NCBI GenBank assembly: GCA_023382875.1
Contig: JAHDXH010000003.1
Coordinates: 7,608 to 71,607 of the forward strand
Direction: 5' to 3'
DNA from: Patescibacteria group bacterium
Lineage (GTDB): Bacteria > Patescibacteriota > Microgenomatia > UBA1400 > PJMF01
Length of the DNA stretch: 64,000 nt
Each line of letters begins with the position of its first letter. The stretch's first letter is position 1. The position numbers were made by a program, and so were the translations under genes. Positions 1 to 9,110 of this stretch are shown in pieces. The notes below the pieces were generated by a model. That model did not search any database and had not been told where the DNA came from. It was given only the letters and a program-made list of their open reading frames with translations.

Positions 1-322
1 GGCTGAAGTTATTAATTCCATTCAAAGAATTTTGAGGGTTATCTTTTCTAAAGATTACGCAGACAAAAGAATTTCTTTGAATATTAATAACTATCGTGAA
101 GATCGCCTTGTACAACTTCGTGAAAAAATTCAAGGTATTTGCGAAAAATTAGTTGAACCAGATGATGAATATGTGTTCCCTTTCATCACTTCATTTGAAA
201 GATATAATATTCATTCTTTAGTTTCTGGTGAACCTGAGTTCGCTGATTTTGAAAGCTTTTCTGAAGGCGAAGGCAGTGGTCGTCGCTTAATAATTCGCAG
301 GAAATCAGTTTCAGCTGAATGA
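1..322 (+). CDS. C-terminal fragment of a gene starting upstream of the window; hypothetical protein
   Basis: Reading frame is open from the window edge (codons from position 2) to the stop at 322. The ORF track calls an internal TTG start at 32. No recognisable motif. Confidence 0.35.
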   Translation, partial: AEVINSIQRILRVIFSKDYADKRISLNINNYREDRLVQLREKIQGICEKLVEPDDEYVFPFITSFERYNIHSLVSGEPEFADFESFSEGEGSGRRLIIRRKSVSAE

Positions 323-335
323 TATACTGCCAGTT

Positions 336-767
336 ATGGCAAAGTATTCACTTCTCAAAATTTTTACTGACGGCGGTTCTAGGGGTAATCCTGGAACAGC
401 TGGTATTGGTGTGCATGTCGTAGATGATCAAGACCAAACTGTTTTTGATTATCATGAATTTGTGGGTATTACTACAAATAACGTAGCTGAATATAGGGCG
501 GTAATTGCCGCCACTAAATGGCTTCAAGATTTTTCTAGTCAAAACGAAATCGAAAAAGTGGAATTTTATTTGGACTCTAAGCTTGTTGTGGAACAAGTTA
601 AGAAAAATTGGAAAATTAATGAATCTCATCTTCAAGACTTGGCAAGAGAAGTTTGGCAAGAGCTTAAGAAACTTTTAGTTCCCTACTCTTTTACCCACGT
701 TCGTCGTGAAATGAATAAGGTAGCGGATCTTTTGGCAAATCAGGCTATGGACGCTGGACAGTTATAG
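336..767 (+). CDS. rnhA: Ribonuclease HI
   Basis: N-terminal motif TDGGSRGNPGTAGIG is typical of RNase H type 1. Size of 143 aa is appropriate, and the expected acidic catalytic residues are present. Confidence 0.85.
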   Translation: MAKYSLLKIFTDGGSRGNPGTAGIGVHVVDDQDQTVFDYHEFVGITTNNVAEYRAVIAATKWLQDFSSQNEIEKVEFYLDSKLVVEQVKKNWKINESHLQDLAREVWQELKKLLVPYSFTHVRREMNKVADLLANQAMDAGQL

Positions 768-846
768 TTGTCACTACTTTTATCCACTGATTTTGACTTT
801 CAATTTAGTCTAAAATGAAACTACTCCATCCGTTGGATGTTGTTTT

Positions 847-3756
847 ATGTCGCGACGCCTAATTACTCAACTAGCCGAAGATCAGCCAAGAGTTTTATTG
901 ATTGGTGAAGAAACAAATTTAAAGCAAAAAATTGTCGATTTTTTACAAAGACAAGATTTAAGCGTTACTTCATTGGAAAAATTCGATGAAAAGGAATTGA
1001 CTAGATTTCCGCTTCAAGATTTTTACCGAATTATCTGCCTTGGTAGTAGTGATGAGAACTCAGAAAATCTGAAATATCTACCAAATCTATCTAATTTATT
1101 AGTTGTTAGCTTGGTAAATTCACTTGATGAAAGAGTTGTTTATTTTGATTTGCCTGATCAAATTGTAGGAATTGATGTTGTTGAAGATCAAAAATTGTTG
1201 GAAAAATTCAAACGAATTTTTGAAAACATTGACCAAGGAGTTCTACTTGATCTAAGAATCGATTTTTTTCTGCAAAGTCAAGAAAACTTTTTATCGATAA
1301 TTAAACATCATCTATTAACGCCTCAAAAAGAAAAAATATTGATTAAAGGGCAAAAACAGTCTAGTCTGTCTGTTTTAAATGAAATTAATAGGTTGATTAA
1401 TCTTATTTACAAAGTTGATGGCTTGCAGATTAAAGAAAGTTTAGAGTCTTACTCCAAGCTAGAGTTTTTAGGTTTTGAAACAATTCAAAAAGAAGCTGAA
1501 GCTTTGCCAAGTTTAGTTGAATCATTGGTTAAATATTGCTATCACCACCGCTCTCAAGAAAAAACTAATAATACTGAGGTTTATAAAAATACCTACCACG
1601 CACAAAGTTTAGTTAGACCTAATGTTTCTTCCGTCACTTCGACTACTAGCACTCCCATGGCAACTTCGGTGGAAAGATTAAGAGTTACAGCTACGTTGCC
1701 AAATTTTAAATCTGTTTCAGTTGAGAAGGCTCCAGTAAAAAACAAAATTACAAGCTCCGAAGCTACTAGTCTGACTCCAGAGATAAAACAAGAGAAAATC
1801 GACAGTGCAGTGGCTCAAAATCCTTCTATTGATGAGCGACTTAGTCAGATCTTTAAGGAAAAAAGAGTTGATGAAAAGGTGGAAAGAGTTCAAGGTTTTG
1901 TCAAAGAAACTAAAAAGATCAAAAAAATTACTAAGAAAAGAAAAACTTTATTTGGCTTGGGCGTTTTGATGACGGTGTTGGCTACAAGCATGATTTTTTT
2001 GGCTGGTTTTTATTGGTTTTCTGTTCAAAATGTCGAAGCTCGCCTTGAGGGAGTTTTTAGGCAAATATCTGAAGGAAATACACAAATAAACTACTCTCCT
2101 CTTTTGAAATCTGCTTCTGTTCTTGAAAAACAAGCTTTTGTTTATGGGCAAGTTTTGCCGCCAGAAATGCTGAGTGGAGCTGAAAATATTTTAGAAATCA
2201 CTAAAAAAATTTCTGAGTATGAATCACTGTCTAGCGAATATCAGGCTATGATTTTGAATTCAGTGCAGGTTGTCCTGGGTAAAGACTTATTAAATGACTC
2301 TGTAGATGGTCAAAATCAAGCTAAAAAAGCTCAGTCTTTGCAAGAAGTCTCTTCTAAATTACTAGCCCGTTTAAATGACTTAAAAAAAGCTAAAACCAAA
2401 GAAGACGACCAACAAAAAGTCACCAGCTTTATTGATTTGATTAACGGAAAAAAGAATTCTTTGATGATTTATCAGCAACTTTCCCCTGTTCTTGATGAAT
2501 TATTAGGTAAAGAAAAGAAAAAAACCTATGCTTTAGTTTTTCAAAATAATCAGGAGTTAAGACCTACTGGCGGTTTCTTACAGGCTGTGGCTGTTATTAC
2601 GGTTGATAAGGGTATGATCGTCGATTCTCAAGTTTATAGTAGCTACGAGCTTGATCAAAAATTAGGCGGTGCGGTAGTACCTCCAGACGAAGTGATTAAG
2701 TTATTGGGTGAAAATAAGTGGTATTTGCGAGATAGCAATTGGGATCCTGATTTTTCAGTCTCAGGTAAGCAAATTGCTTGGTTTTTAGAACAACAATTGA
2801 ATAAAAATATTGATGGTGTGGTCGGGATAAATTTATATGTCATGCAAAACTTTTTGCGTGAAATCGGTCCTTTGGATCTAGCCGAGTTTAATGAAGTTAT
2901 TACTGATAAAAACCTCTTTGAAAGATCAGAATTCCACTCAGAAATTAAACTTGTTGACACTAGTGCCGTGGAAGATTACCAGGCTAAATTACTTAAATAT
3001 CTGATTAGAGATGTTGTAAGCAAGGGGCAAGATAATCCGCAAAAACTCCTCAATGCTTTAAAAACTTCTCTCCAAGAGAAGCAGATGACTCTTTATTTTG
3101 ATGATGATAACTTGTCTAGTGCCATATCTGGACTTGGTTGGTCTGGTGAATTGGTTATCCCACAATGTCCTACTCAGTTGAGTACTCTACCCTGCCATGT
3201 CGACGCATTAGTGGTTAATGAGAGTAATATCGGTATTAATAAAGCCAATTATCACACCACCAGGCAAGATTCTCACAATATTGAAATTGCTAATAACCAA
3301 ATTAAACATCAAAGAACAATCACTCTAAATAATGAAGCATTTTCCAATGCTTGGCCAAAAGGCGAATATAGATCGTATTTTAGATTTTATTTGCCTGAAC
3401 ACGCTCAATCAGTCGCTTTAACTGTAGATGGTCAAAAGATTCAAGAAAAAGATGTCTTAATTGCTAAACAAGGTAACAATTTAGTTTTAGGATTGTTGGT
3501 TAGTACCCCTATTAAAACCAAGAAAAACATTGAATTGAGTTATACAGTGCCACTCGAGTTTTCTAGTCCATATTCTTATGTGTTCTTCTCGCAAAAACAG
3601 CCAGGTACAAAAGATGTTTTGCAAAATGTAGTTTTGAAGCATTCTCCAGATCTCTCCCCCACTCTAATTGCGCCTAAAGCTGACGTTTCTGGAGACACAA
3701 TTAACTTCCATGATTTGGCGGAAGATCACGCTTTTGTGGGTGTAAGCTTTAAATAA
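847..3756 (+). CDS. Large membrane-anchored protein, DUF4012-like
   Basis: 969 aa with a single TM helix near aa 365-390. The segment VFQNNQELRPTGGFLQAVAV resembles the DUF4012 signature (NNAE[IL]RxTGG). No catalytic motif recognised. Confidence 0.45.
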   Translation: MSRRLITQLAEDQPRVLLIGEETNLKQKIVDFLQRQDLSVTSLEKFDEKELTRFPLQDFYRIICLGSSDENSENLKYLPNLSNLLVVSLVNSLDERVVYFDLPDQIVGIDVVEDQKLLEKFKRIFENIDQGVLLDLRIDFFLQSQENFLSIIKHHLLTPQKEKILIKGQKQSSLSVLNEINRLINLIYKVDGLQIKESLESYSKLEFLGFETIQKEAEALPSLVESLVKYCYHHRSQEKTNNTEVYKNTYHAQSLVRPNVSSVTSTTSTPMATSVERLRVTATLPNFKSVSVEKAPVKNKITSSEATSLTPEIKQEKIDSAVAQNPSIDERLSQIFKEKRVDEKVERVQGFVKETKKIKKITKKRKTLFGLGVLMTVLATSMIFLAGFYWFSVQNVEARLEGVFRQISEGNTQINYSPLLKSASVLEKQAFVYGQVLPPEMLSGAENILEITKKISEYESLSSEYQAMILNSVQVVLGKDLLNDSVDGQNQAKKAQSLQEVSSKLLARLNDLKKAKTKEDDQQKVTSFIDLINGKKNSLMIYQQLSPVLDELLGKEKKKTYALVFQNNQELRPTGGFLQAVAVITVDKGMIVDSQVYSSYELDQKLGGAVVPPDEVIKLLGENKWYLRDSNWDPDFSVSGKQIAWFLEQQLNKNIDGVVGINLYVMQNFLREIGPLDLAEFNEVITDKNLFERSEFHSEIKLVDTSAVEDYQAKLLKYLIRDVVSKGQDNPQKLLNALKTSLQEKQMTLYFDDDNLSSAISGLGWSGELVIPQCPTQLSTLPCHVDALVVNESNIGINKANYHTTRQDSHNIEIANNQIKHQRTITLNNEAFSNAWPKGEYRSYFRFYLPEHAQSVALTVDGQKIQEKDVLIAKQGNNLVLGLLVSTPIKTKKNIELSYTVPLEFSSPYSYVFFSQKQPGTKDVLQNVVLKHSPDLSPTLIAPKADVSGDTINFHDLAEDHAFVGVSFK

Positions 3757-3844
3757 ATTCTCAATTAATTCCTCAGGCCCACTTGCCTATTCTCTCTTTA
3801 TCGCTTAAGATCGAGTTGCATTATTGTTTAGTTTAAGGAGGGAT

Positions 3845-4510
3845 ATGACCGAAGGAAAAATTACGCTTAAGGTCGAAAAACGAGAACAGCTTGGTAAGAA
3901 AAGTAAAAAACTTCGTAACCAAGGTAAAGTTCTAGGAAATGTGGTGATACCAGGGAAGCCTTCTCTACCCATTTCAGTTGACAGCGGAAAACTCAGGAAA
4001 ATCTATGATGAGGCTGGTGAAAGCACGCTCGTCTACTTGACTGTAGGCGAAGAAAAGTCTGAAAGACCAGTCCTTTTTAAAGACGTGGAGTTCGATACGC
4101 TCAAACACGTCCCGTTTCACGTGGTTTTCATGCAAGTTAACTTGAAAGAAAAAGTCGAAGCTGCGGTACCTATTGAATATGTAGGAGAATTTAAAGTCGA
4201 TGGCGGTGTCTTGCTTAAACTCAGAGATTCCGTTGATGTATCCGCCCTTCCTACTGATTTACCAGAGAACTTCATTATTGACCTTTCAACTCTAAAAGAG
4301 GTTGATCAATCAATCTCTTTGGCTGATTTATCTATTGATAAATCAAAGGTTGAATTTGTCTTATCTGAAGACACCAATCCTGAAGATGTTCTTTTAGTTC
4401 AAGTTCAAGAGGAGAGAACTGAGGAACCTGAGGAAGAAACTCCAGCTGGAGAAGGTGCTGAGGCTGCTCCAGAGGTTACGCCAGCTAAAGAAGAAGAGAA
4501 AGCAGAGTAG
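3845..4510 (+). CDS. rplY: 50S ribosomal protein L25 / general stress protein Ctc, with acidic C-terminal extension
   Basis: GKITLKVEKREQLGKKSKKLRNQGKVLGNVV matches the L25 N-terminal motif. A strong RBS (AAGGAGG) sits 6 nt upstream of the ATG at 3845. The ORF-track start at 3824 is rejected as lacking an RBS. The C-terminal tail is rich in E, P and A. Confidence 0.8.
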   Translation: MTEGKITLKVEKREQLGKKSKKLRNQGKVLGNVVIPGKPSLPISVDSGKLRKIYDEAGESTLVYLTVGEEKSERPVLFKDVEFDTLKHVPFHVVFMQVNLKEKVEAAVPIEYVGEFKVDGGVLLKLRDSVDVSALPTDLPENFIIDLSTLKEVDQSISLADLSIDKSKVEFVLSEDTNPEDVLLVQVQEERTEEPEEETPAGEGAEAAPEVTPAKEEEKAE

Positions 4511-4533
4511 TTTTCACTTGAAACTAAAAATAG

Positions 4534-4562
4534 AGGAGGGGAGAAATCCCCTCCTTTTTTAT
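4534..4562 (+). terminator. Intrinsic terminator downstream of rplY
   Basis: Perfect 9-bp stem AGGAGGGGA / TCCCCTCCT with a GAAA loop, followed by a TTTTTTAT run. Confidence 0.6.
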
Positions 4563-4577
4563 TATTTGCAATTAAAG

Positions 4578-5006
4578 TTAATTGGTTTTAAAAATTGGAT
4601 GATTGGGATCAAGGTTTTTCGACTTAAGTTGGTAGTCTTGATATGATTGATCTTCTCCTTGATAGTGGGAGATTAGGGCTAGATTGAGATAGATGAGGGT
4701 TGTGCCCCCGGTTTTTTTCTCAAGTTCGTTGAGGTTGTTTTTTAAGTTTTTAAACTTGTCGAAGTTCAAGAAAGAAATTTTATTTTCAGATTGAGTATTG
4801 GTAGTAAGTTTGATTGTAGTTGTTTGCTTGTTTTTAACTAGCGCTTGACCAAAAATTGCCAAATAAATAATTAAAATAAATAAACTGAAGCTAAAAAAAC
4901 GATGTTTTAAAAGAGGGTGGAGAATAAAGATCAGGATTGCCTTGAAATTAGTCAATAAAAGACCAATCAAAAAAAATGGAAATAAAAACCACCTGCGCCA
5001 TGTCAT
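4578..5006 (-). CDS. Small hypothetical membrane protein immediately downstream of valS
   Basis: 142 aa with two predicted hydrophobic helices. Its start lies 8 nt from the valS stop in a tight operon arrangement. Could be spurious. Confidence 0.3.
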   Translation of the reverse strand: MTWRRWFLFPFFLIGLLLTNFKAILIFILHPLLKHRFFSFSLFILIIYLAIFGQALVKNKQTTTIKLTTNTQSENKISFLNFDKFKNLKNNLNELEKKTGGTTLIYLNLALISHYQGEDQSYQDYQLKSKNLDPNHPIFKTN

Positions 5007-5013
5007 TGGCTCA

Positions 5014-7221
5014 TTATAAAGGCCAATTCTTGGCGATTAAAGGCTGATTTGGTGTTTGGTTCAGTTCTTGATGAATTGCCTCTGAAACAAACGGGACAAA
5101 AGGGTGGAGAAGAACCAAAAATCTTTTTAGTCCATCTTTGAGCAAATCAGATGAAAGTTTTTGTTGTTTGGTATCTTCAATACAAACGTCACAATACCAA
5201 TGCCAAAACTCTTCGTAAGTAGTTTCACAAGCTTGGCCAATCTTGAAATTAGTTAATTGCTGAGTGACTTGAGCTTCAACTTCGCTCATTTTTTTGATGA
5301 AAGCTTGATTGGTTTCATCTTGGCCTTTAATGTTGAGATCTAGAGCTGTCGTAATAAAACGGGCAGCGTTCCAAATTTTATTACTGAAGTTTCTCATTGC
5401 CTTAAAATCACCCTCACCAACCGATTTATCTAATCCTGCTGTACTTCTGATAACTAAAGCCATTCTGAGGGCATCTGCGCCGTATTTCTCAATGATTTCT
5501 AGAGGATTGATCACGTTACCTTTGCTCTTACTCATTTTTTGACCCTTTTGGTCGCGAACTAGTCCATGAAGATAGACATTGTTGAATGGCAATTCACCTG
5601 TAACAAATTTACCAATCATCAACATTCTCATTACCCAGAAAGGCAAAATATCGTAGCCAGTTTCCATTACTTGAGTAGGGTAGAAACGAGCGAAGTCATT
5701 TTGCTCTTGTGAAGCGAGTAGAGTGGAGAATGGCCACTGAGCCGATGAAAACCAAGTATCAAAGGTATCGGTTTCTTGAATCCAATTTACATTTTCGTCT
5801 GGTTGAGTGGGGGAGACTACATATTCAGCAGTGTCTGGAACATTGATTGATTGTAGGCCAGACTTAATCTCTTCTAGACTATATCCTTGTTTAATAGCGT
5901 CGCTAAGTAAACTGTTGATGGTTTGTTTGTCTTTATTAACAAAAACAACTTGAATATTTTGAGTTTCTTCAGTGTTGTACCAAATGGGTAGACGAATACC
6001 CCAAACAATTTGGCGTGAAATATTCCAATCTCTTAGGTTTTGTAGCCAATGCTTGAGAATTTTGTCATGACCGGCCCCGTGGACGGCTAATTTTTTACTA
6101 TCTAAGGCTTCTAAAATAGGCTCAACTAAAGGCTTAACCTTAATGAAGAATTGAGGAAGTGGTAATGGCTCAATAACACGCTTGCAGCGATAACAAGTGC
6201 CGACAGTATGAAGATATGGTTCTTTTTTGACAATTTGACCATTTTCTTCAAGTGCTAAGACGACTGCTTCGCGAGCTTTATTGACATTGAGATTAGAAAA
6301 TTGCTCTGGGACGTTGGTGGTTTTTCCAAGATGATTAATGACCGCGATTGGTTTTGAAACCTCATTCAAATGCCTTTGCCAAACATCGTAATCATTGGGA
6401 TCGTGGAATGGAGTGATTTTTAATACACCTGTACCAAAGTCTGTTTTGACATAGTCATCACTAATAACTGGTAGTGAAATTTTCCCCCAAGGGAAATCTG
6501 CTTCAACATTTTGGCCAATGAAATCTTTGTAGCGTGAATCGCTTGGATTTACGGCCAAAGCAACATCACCAAAAAGTGTTTCTGGTCTAACTGTAGCTAC
6601 TTGAAGAGGACCATATTGGATGGTGTATAGCGTGTCAGATTTTTCTTCGTGTTCGACTTCTAATTCAGAATAACTTGTTCCACATTTTGTACAGTAGTTA
6701 ACAAGCTTTAAACTGCGATAAACTAATCCTTTTTCATGCAATTTGGAAAAAGTATTTAAAACCACTTCAACCACTTTTGGATCAAGCATAAACTTAAATC
6801 TTGACCAATCAGCACTAGCGCCAATCTTCTTCATCTGCCCAGTGGCGACTTCGGAGTTTTCTTGAACATAATCCCAAATCATTTTGTAAAGAGTTTCTCG
6901 GTCATAGTCAAAACGGCTTTCGCCTTTTTTGGCTAACTTTTTTTCAAAAACAAATTGAGTTTCGATGCCGGCGTGGTCAGTTCCAGGAAGCCAAAGCGTA
7001 TCGAGGCCGCGCATGCGGTTAAAGCGAATTAAAATATCTTCAATAGCAATAAACATGGCATGACCGATGTGAAGGGGGTCATTGGCATTTGGTGGAGGCA
7101 TCATGATACAAAAACTTTGGTCTTTGTGATCAGGGTATGAATCAGGAGAAAAAAAGTTACCTTTTTCCCATAATTCATAAATTTTTTGCTCGTATTCTTT
7201 AAAGTTGTAGGCCGAGTCCAT
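5014..7221 (-). CDS. valS: Valine--tRNA ligase (short form lacking C-terminal coiled-coil)
   Basis: SFCIMMPPPNANDPLHIGHA...LWLPGTDHAGIETQ aligns almost residue-for-residue with the ValS N-terminus (CIMIPPPNVTGSLHMGHA...LWQVGTDHAGIATQ). The KMSKS motif is present, as are ISRQ and WFSS editing/anticodon motifs. At 735 aa it ends before the usual C-terminal coiled coil. Confidence 0.88.
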   Translation of the reverse strand: MDSAYNFKEYEQKIYELWEKGNFFSPDSYPDHKDQSFCIMMPPPNANDPLHIGHAMFIAIEDILIRFNRMRGLDTLWLPGTDHAGIETQFVFEKKLAKKGESRFDYDRETLYKMIWDYVQENSEVATGQMKKIGASADWSRFKFMLDPKVVEVVLNTFSKLHEKGLVYRSLKLVNYCTKCGTSYSELEVEHEEKSDTLYTIQYGPLQVATVRPETLFGDVALAVNPSDSRYKDFIGQNVEADFPWGKISLPVISDDYVKTDFGTGVLKITPFHDPNDYDVWQRHLNEVSKPIAVINHLGKTTNVPEQFSNLNVNKAREAVVLALEENGQIVKKEPYLHTVGTCYRCKRVIEPLPLPQFFIKVKPLVEPILEALDSKKLAVHGAGHDKILKHWLQNLRDWNISRQIVWGIRLPIWYNTEETQNIQVVFVNKDKQTINSLLSDAIKQGYSLEEIKSGLQSINVPDTAEYVVSPTQPDENVNWIQETDTFDTWFSSAQWPFSTLLASQEQNDFARFYPTQVMETGYDILPFWVMRMLMIGKFVTGELPFNNVYLHGLVRDQKGQKMSKSKGNVINPLEIIEKYGADALRMALVIRSTAGLDKSVGEGDFKAMRNFSNKIWNAARFITTALDLNIKGQDETNQAFIKKMSEVEAQVTQQLTNFKIGQACETTYEEFWHWYCDVCIEDTKQQKLSSDLLKDGLKRFLVLLHPFVPFVSEAIHQELNQTPNQPLIAKNWPL

Positions 7222-7245
7222 AATCGAGGATTATATCAGGATTTA

Positions 7246-9075
7246 TTAAATTCCTTGAAGGTATTTGGCGCTCCATGGAACATAATTTGAATAGAAATTT
7301 TCTTCTCTAATAACTTGGCCATTTTTATCTTTGACCACATAATCAAACGATGCCTTGATGCCAGAAACTGCCCAGTCAATCTGCTTTGTTGTGCCAGCAG
7401 GAATTTCGGTGGTAGGGTAGTAAGCAGCTGGTGGAGCCGAGCGAGGATCCCAAGTTTTATGATTTAAAATCTCGGCAGTACGACCGTCGCTGGTTCCATA
7501 AAGCTCAACATCCATATAAAGATTTTCACTATCACTTTCTGTCTTAATAAGAATATAACCTGGTGTATCGTTAATAAATCTTAAGTCAACGTCACCAGAA
7601 TAAACGGTGGCATCAATACCTGGTTTTTGATTTAGTTCGTAATAACTAACCCGGTAAGAATGAGCCTTTCTTTTGGTAATATTGAGGCCAGCATTTAATG
7701 CAGCCCTGAAAACAGTGGTACTAACCTGACAAACACCGCCTCCGTCGCCCAAAACAGTTTTGCCTCCGCTAATCACATAAGCTGACCTGTAGCCAGTTCT
7801 TTTTGAAACTTCACCCAGTGTTTTATTGAAGCTAAATTCTTCTCCTGGAGCGATTAGTGAATAGTTTATTTTTTGCGCAGTCAAAGCGACATTCCAAATA
7901 CGATTGGGAATGCTGTGTGCGTAATAGCTATCACCATAACCAATTAATTCTTTAATTCCCAAGTCATTGAGTTTTTCTAGAGTTAAGGTTGGTTGGACTG
8001 TTTCTAAAACTAGTTCATTAGTGATTGTTTCTGGAGCTTTGCCTTCAGAGCTACTGGCAATTTCGCCTACAGCATTAGTAATTTTGTTTTTTAATTCCTC
8101 TTTGTTTATGGCCAAGCCGTCTAAATGTGGTTGAAAATCATTGACTTTATATTTGCCATTGGCTAATTTTTCATAATTAAAAATGGCATCCCGACTAGGA
8201 CGGTTAATTTCTGCGGCTAATTCCTCGATCTTTTCATTGAGTTTTCTTTCGTTTATTCCAGTGGGGAAGGAAAGTAAAGAAACTAGCTCAATGGGGTTAA
8301 TTTCAAATTTAATATCTTTATAGCCTGGGCTATTAAAATAAAGAGTCGTGTTAATATATTTAGCGCTGAATTTTTCTGCCTCTATTAGTTCTTCATCAGA
8401 CAATACTTTATAAGTCGGTTTTGGTTCAGAAGTTAACTCAATATTATTTGAGTCATTCTTTTCATTCAATTTTTGAGAAATTAAGTTAATTAATTCGATT
8501 TGATCAATTTCTGATCCGATTTTTCCTGGGTCAACAGCAAGGGTTTTGAGGTTATTTACGGTACCAAGCTTGGCATATGGATCATGGCCGATAATGTCAA
8601 TTTTTTGTGAGATATAGGCGGTGAAATCGCTAATTTTTTGTGGGTCAAAGTTTTTTTGAAGCGAATAGTCGTGTTTTTCTAATAAAAATTTAACCAAATT
8701 TAAGGGTTTTAAGATGTTTAACTGACTATGGCTTTGTGCGAAAACTTCATCAACTGACTCAGAGGTTTTGTAGGTAAAACTTAATGACCCCGATGTGGTG
8801 CTAAATTCTTGGTTGTTGTTATAAACTTTGATTTCAAAACTTGGTTGGGTTGGAAATTGCTCATTAATTTTTGACAAAGCTTGGTTTTTGTTTAGAAGTG
8901 ATACATCAATGTTGGCGATGTAAGTTTTGTCAGGAAAAATTCCTTTAAGAGAGTTTATAATAAGAATCAAGATAATAAGTCCTAAGCTCAGGAGTGTAAC
9001 TCCGGAAAACAAGATTAGCCAAAGAGCTAAGTGATTTTTAGGTTGGTTGGTGCTTTGGGTAAAGGTACTTATCAT
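7246..9075 (-). CDS. VanW family protein (N-terminal TM anchor)
   Basis: C-terminal GDGGGVCQVSTTVFRAALNAGL matches the VanW domain signature. An N-terminal TM helix is present. Confidence 0.7.
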   Translation of the reverse strand: MISTFTQSTNQPKNHLALWLILFSGVTLLSLGLIILILIINSLKGIFPDKTYIANIDVSLLNKNQALSKINEQFPTQPSFEIKVYNNNQEFSTTSGSLSFTYKTSESVDEVFAQSHSQLNILKPLNLVKFLLEKHDYSLQKNFDPQKISDFTAYISQKIDIIGHDPYAKLGTVNNLKTLAVDPGKIGSEIDQIELINLISQKLNEKNDSNNIELTSEPKPTYKVLSDEELIEAEKFSAKYINTTLYFNSPGYKDIKFEINPIELVSLLSFPTGINERKLNEKIEELAAEINRPSRDAIFNYEKLANGKYKVNDFQPHLDGLAINKEELKNKITNAVGEIASSSEGKAPETITNELVLETVQPTLTLEKLNDLGIKELIGYGDSYYAHSIPNRIWNVALTAQKINYSLIAPGEEFSFNKTLGEVSKRTGYRSAYVISGGKTVLGDGGGVCQVSTTVFRAALNAGLNITKRKAHSYRVSYYELNQKPGIDATVYSGDVDLRFINDTPGYILIKTESDSENLYMDVELYGTSDGRTAEILNHKTWDPRSAPPAAYYPTTEIPAGTTKQIDWAVSGIKASFDYVVKDKNGQVIREENFYSNYVPWSAKYLQGI

Positions 9076-9110
9076 CTGTTATACTTAATTTTGACATTAT
9101 TTTAAGGATT

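Noticed and set aside
348-659. 103-aa minus-strand ORF inside rnhA
   Set aside because: Antisense to a well-supported RNase HI gene. Low-complexity product.
4455-4646. 63-aa plus-strand ORF overlapping the rplY 3' end and terminator
   Set aside because: It spans an intrinsic terminator hairpin. Low-complexity K/L-rich product; likely spurious.
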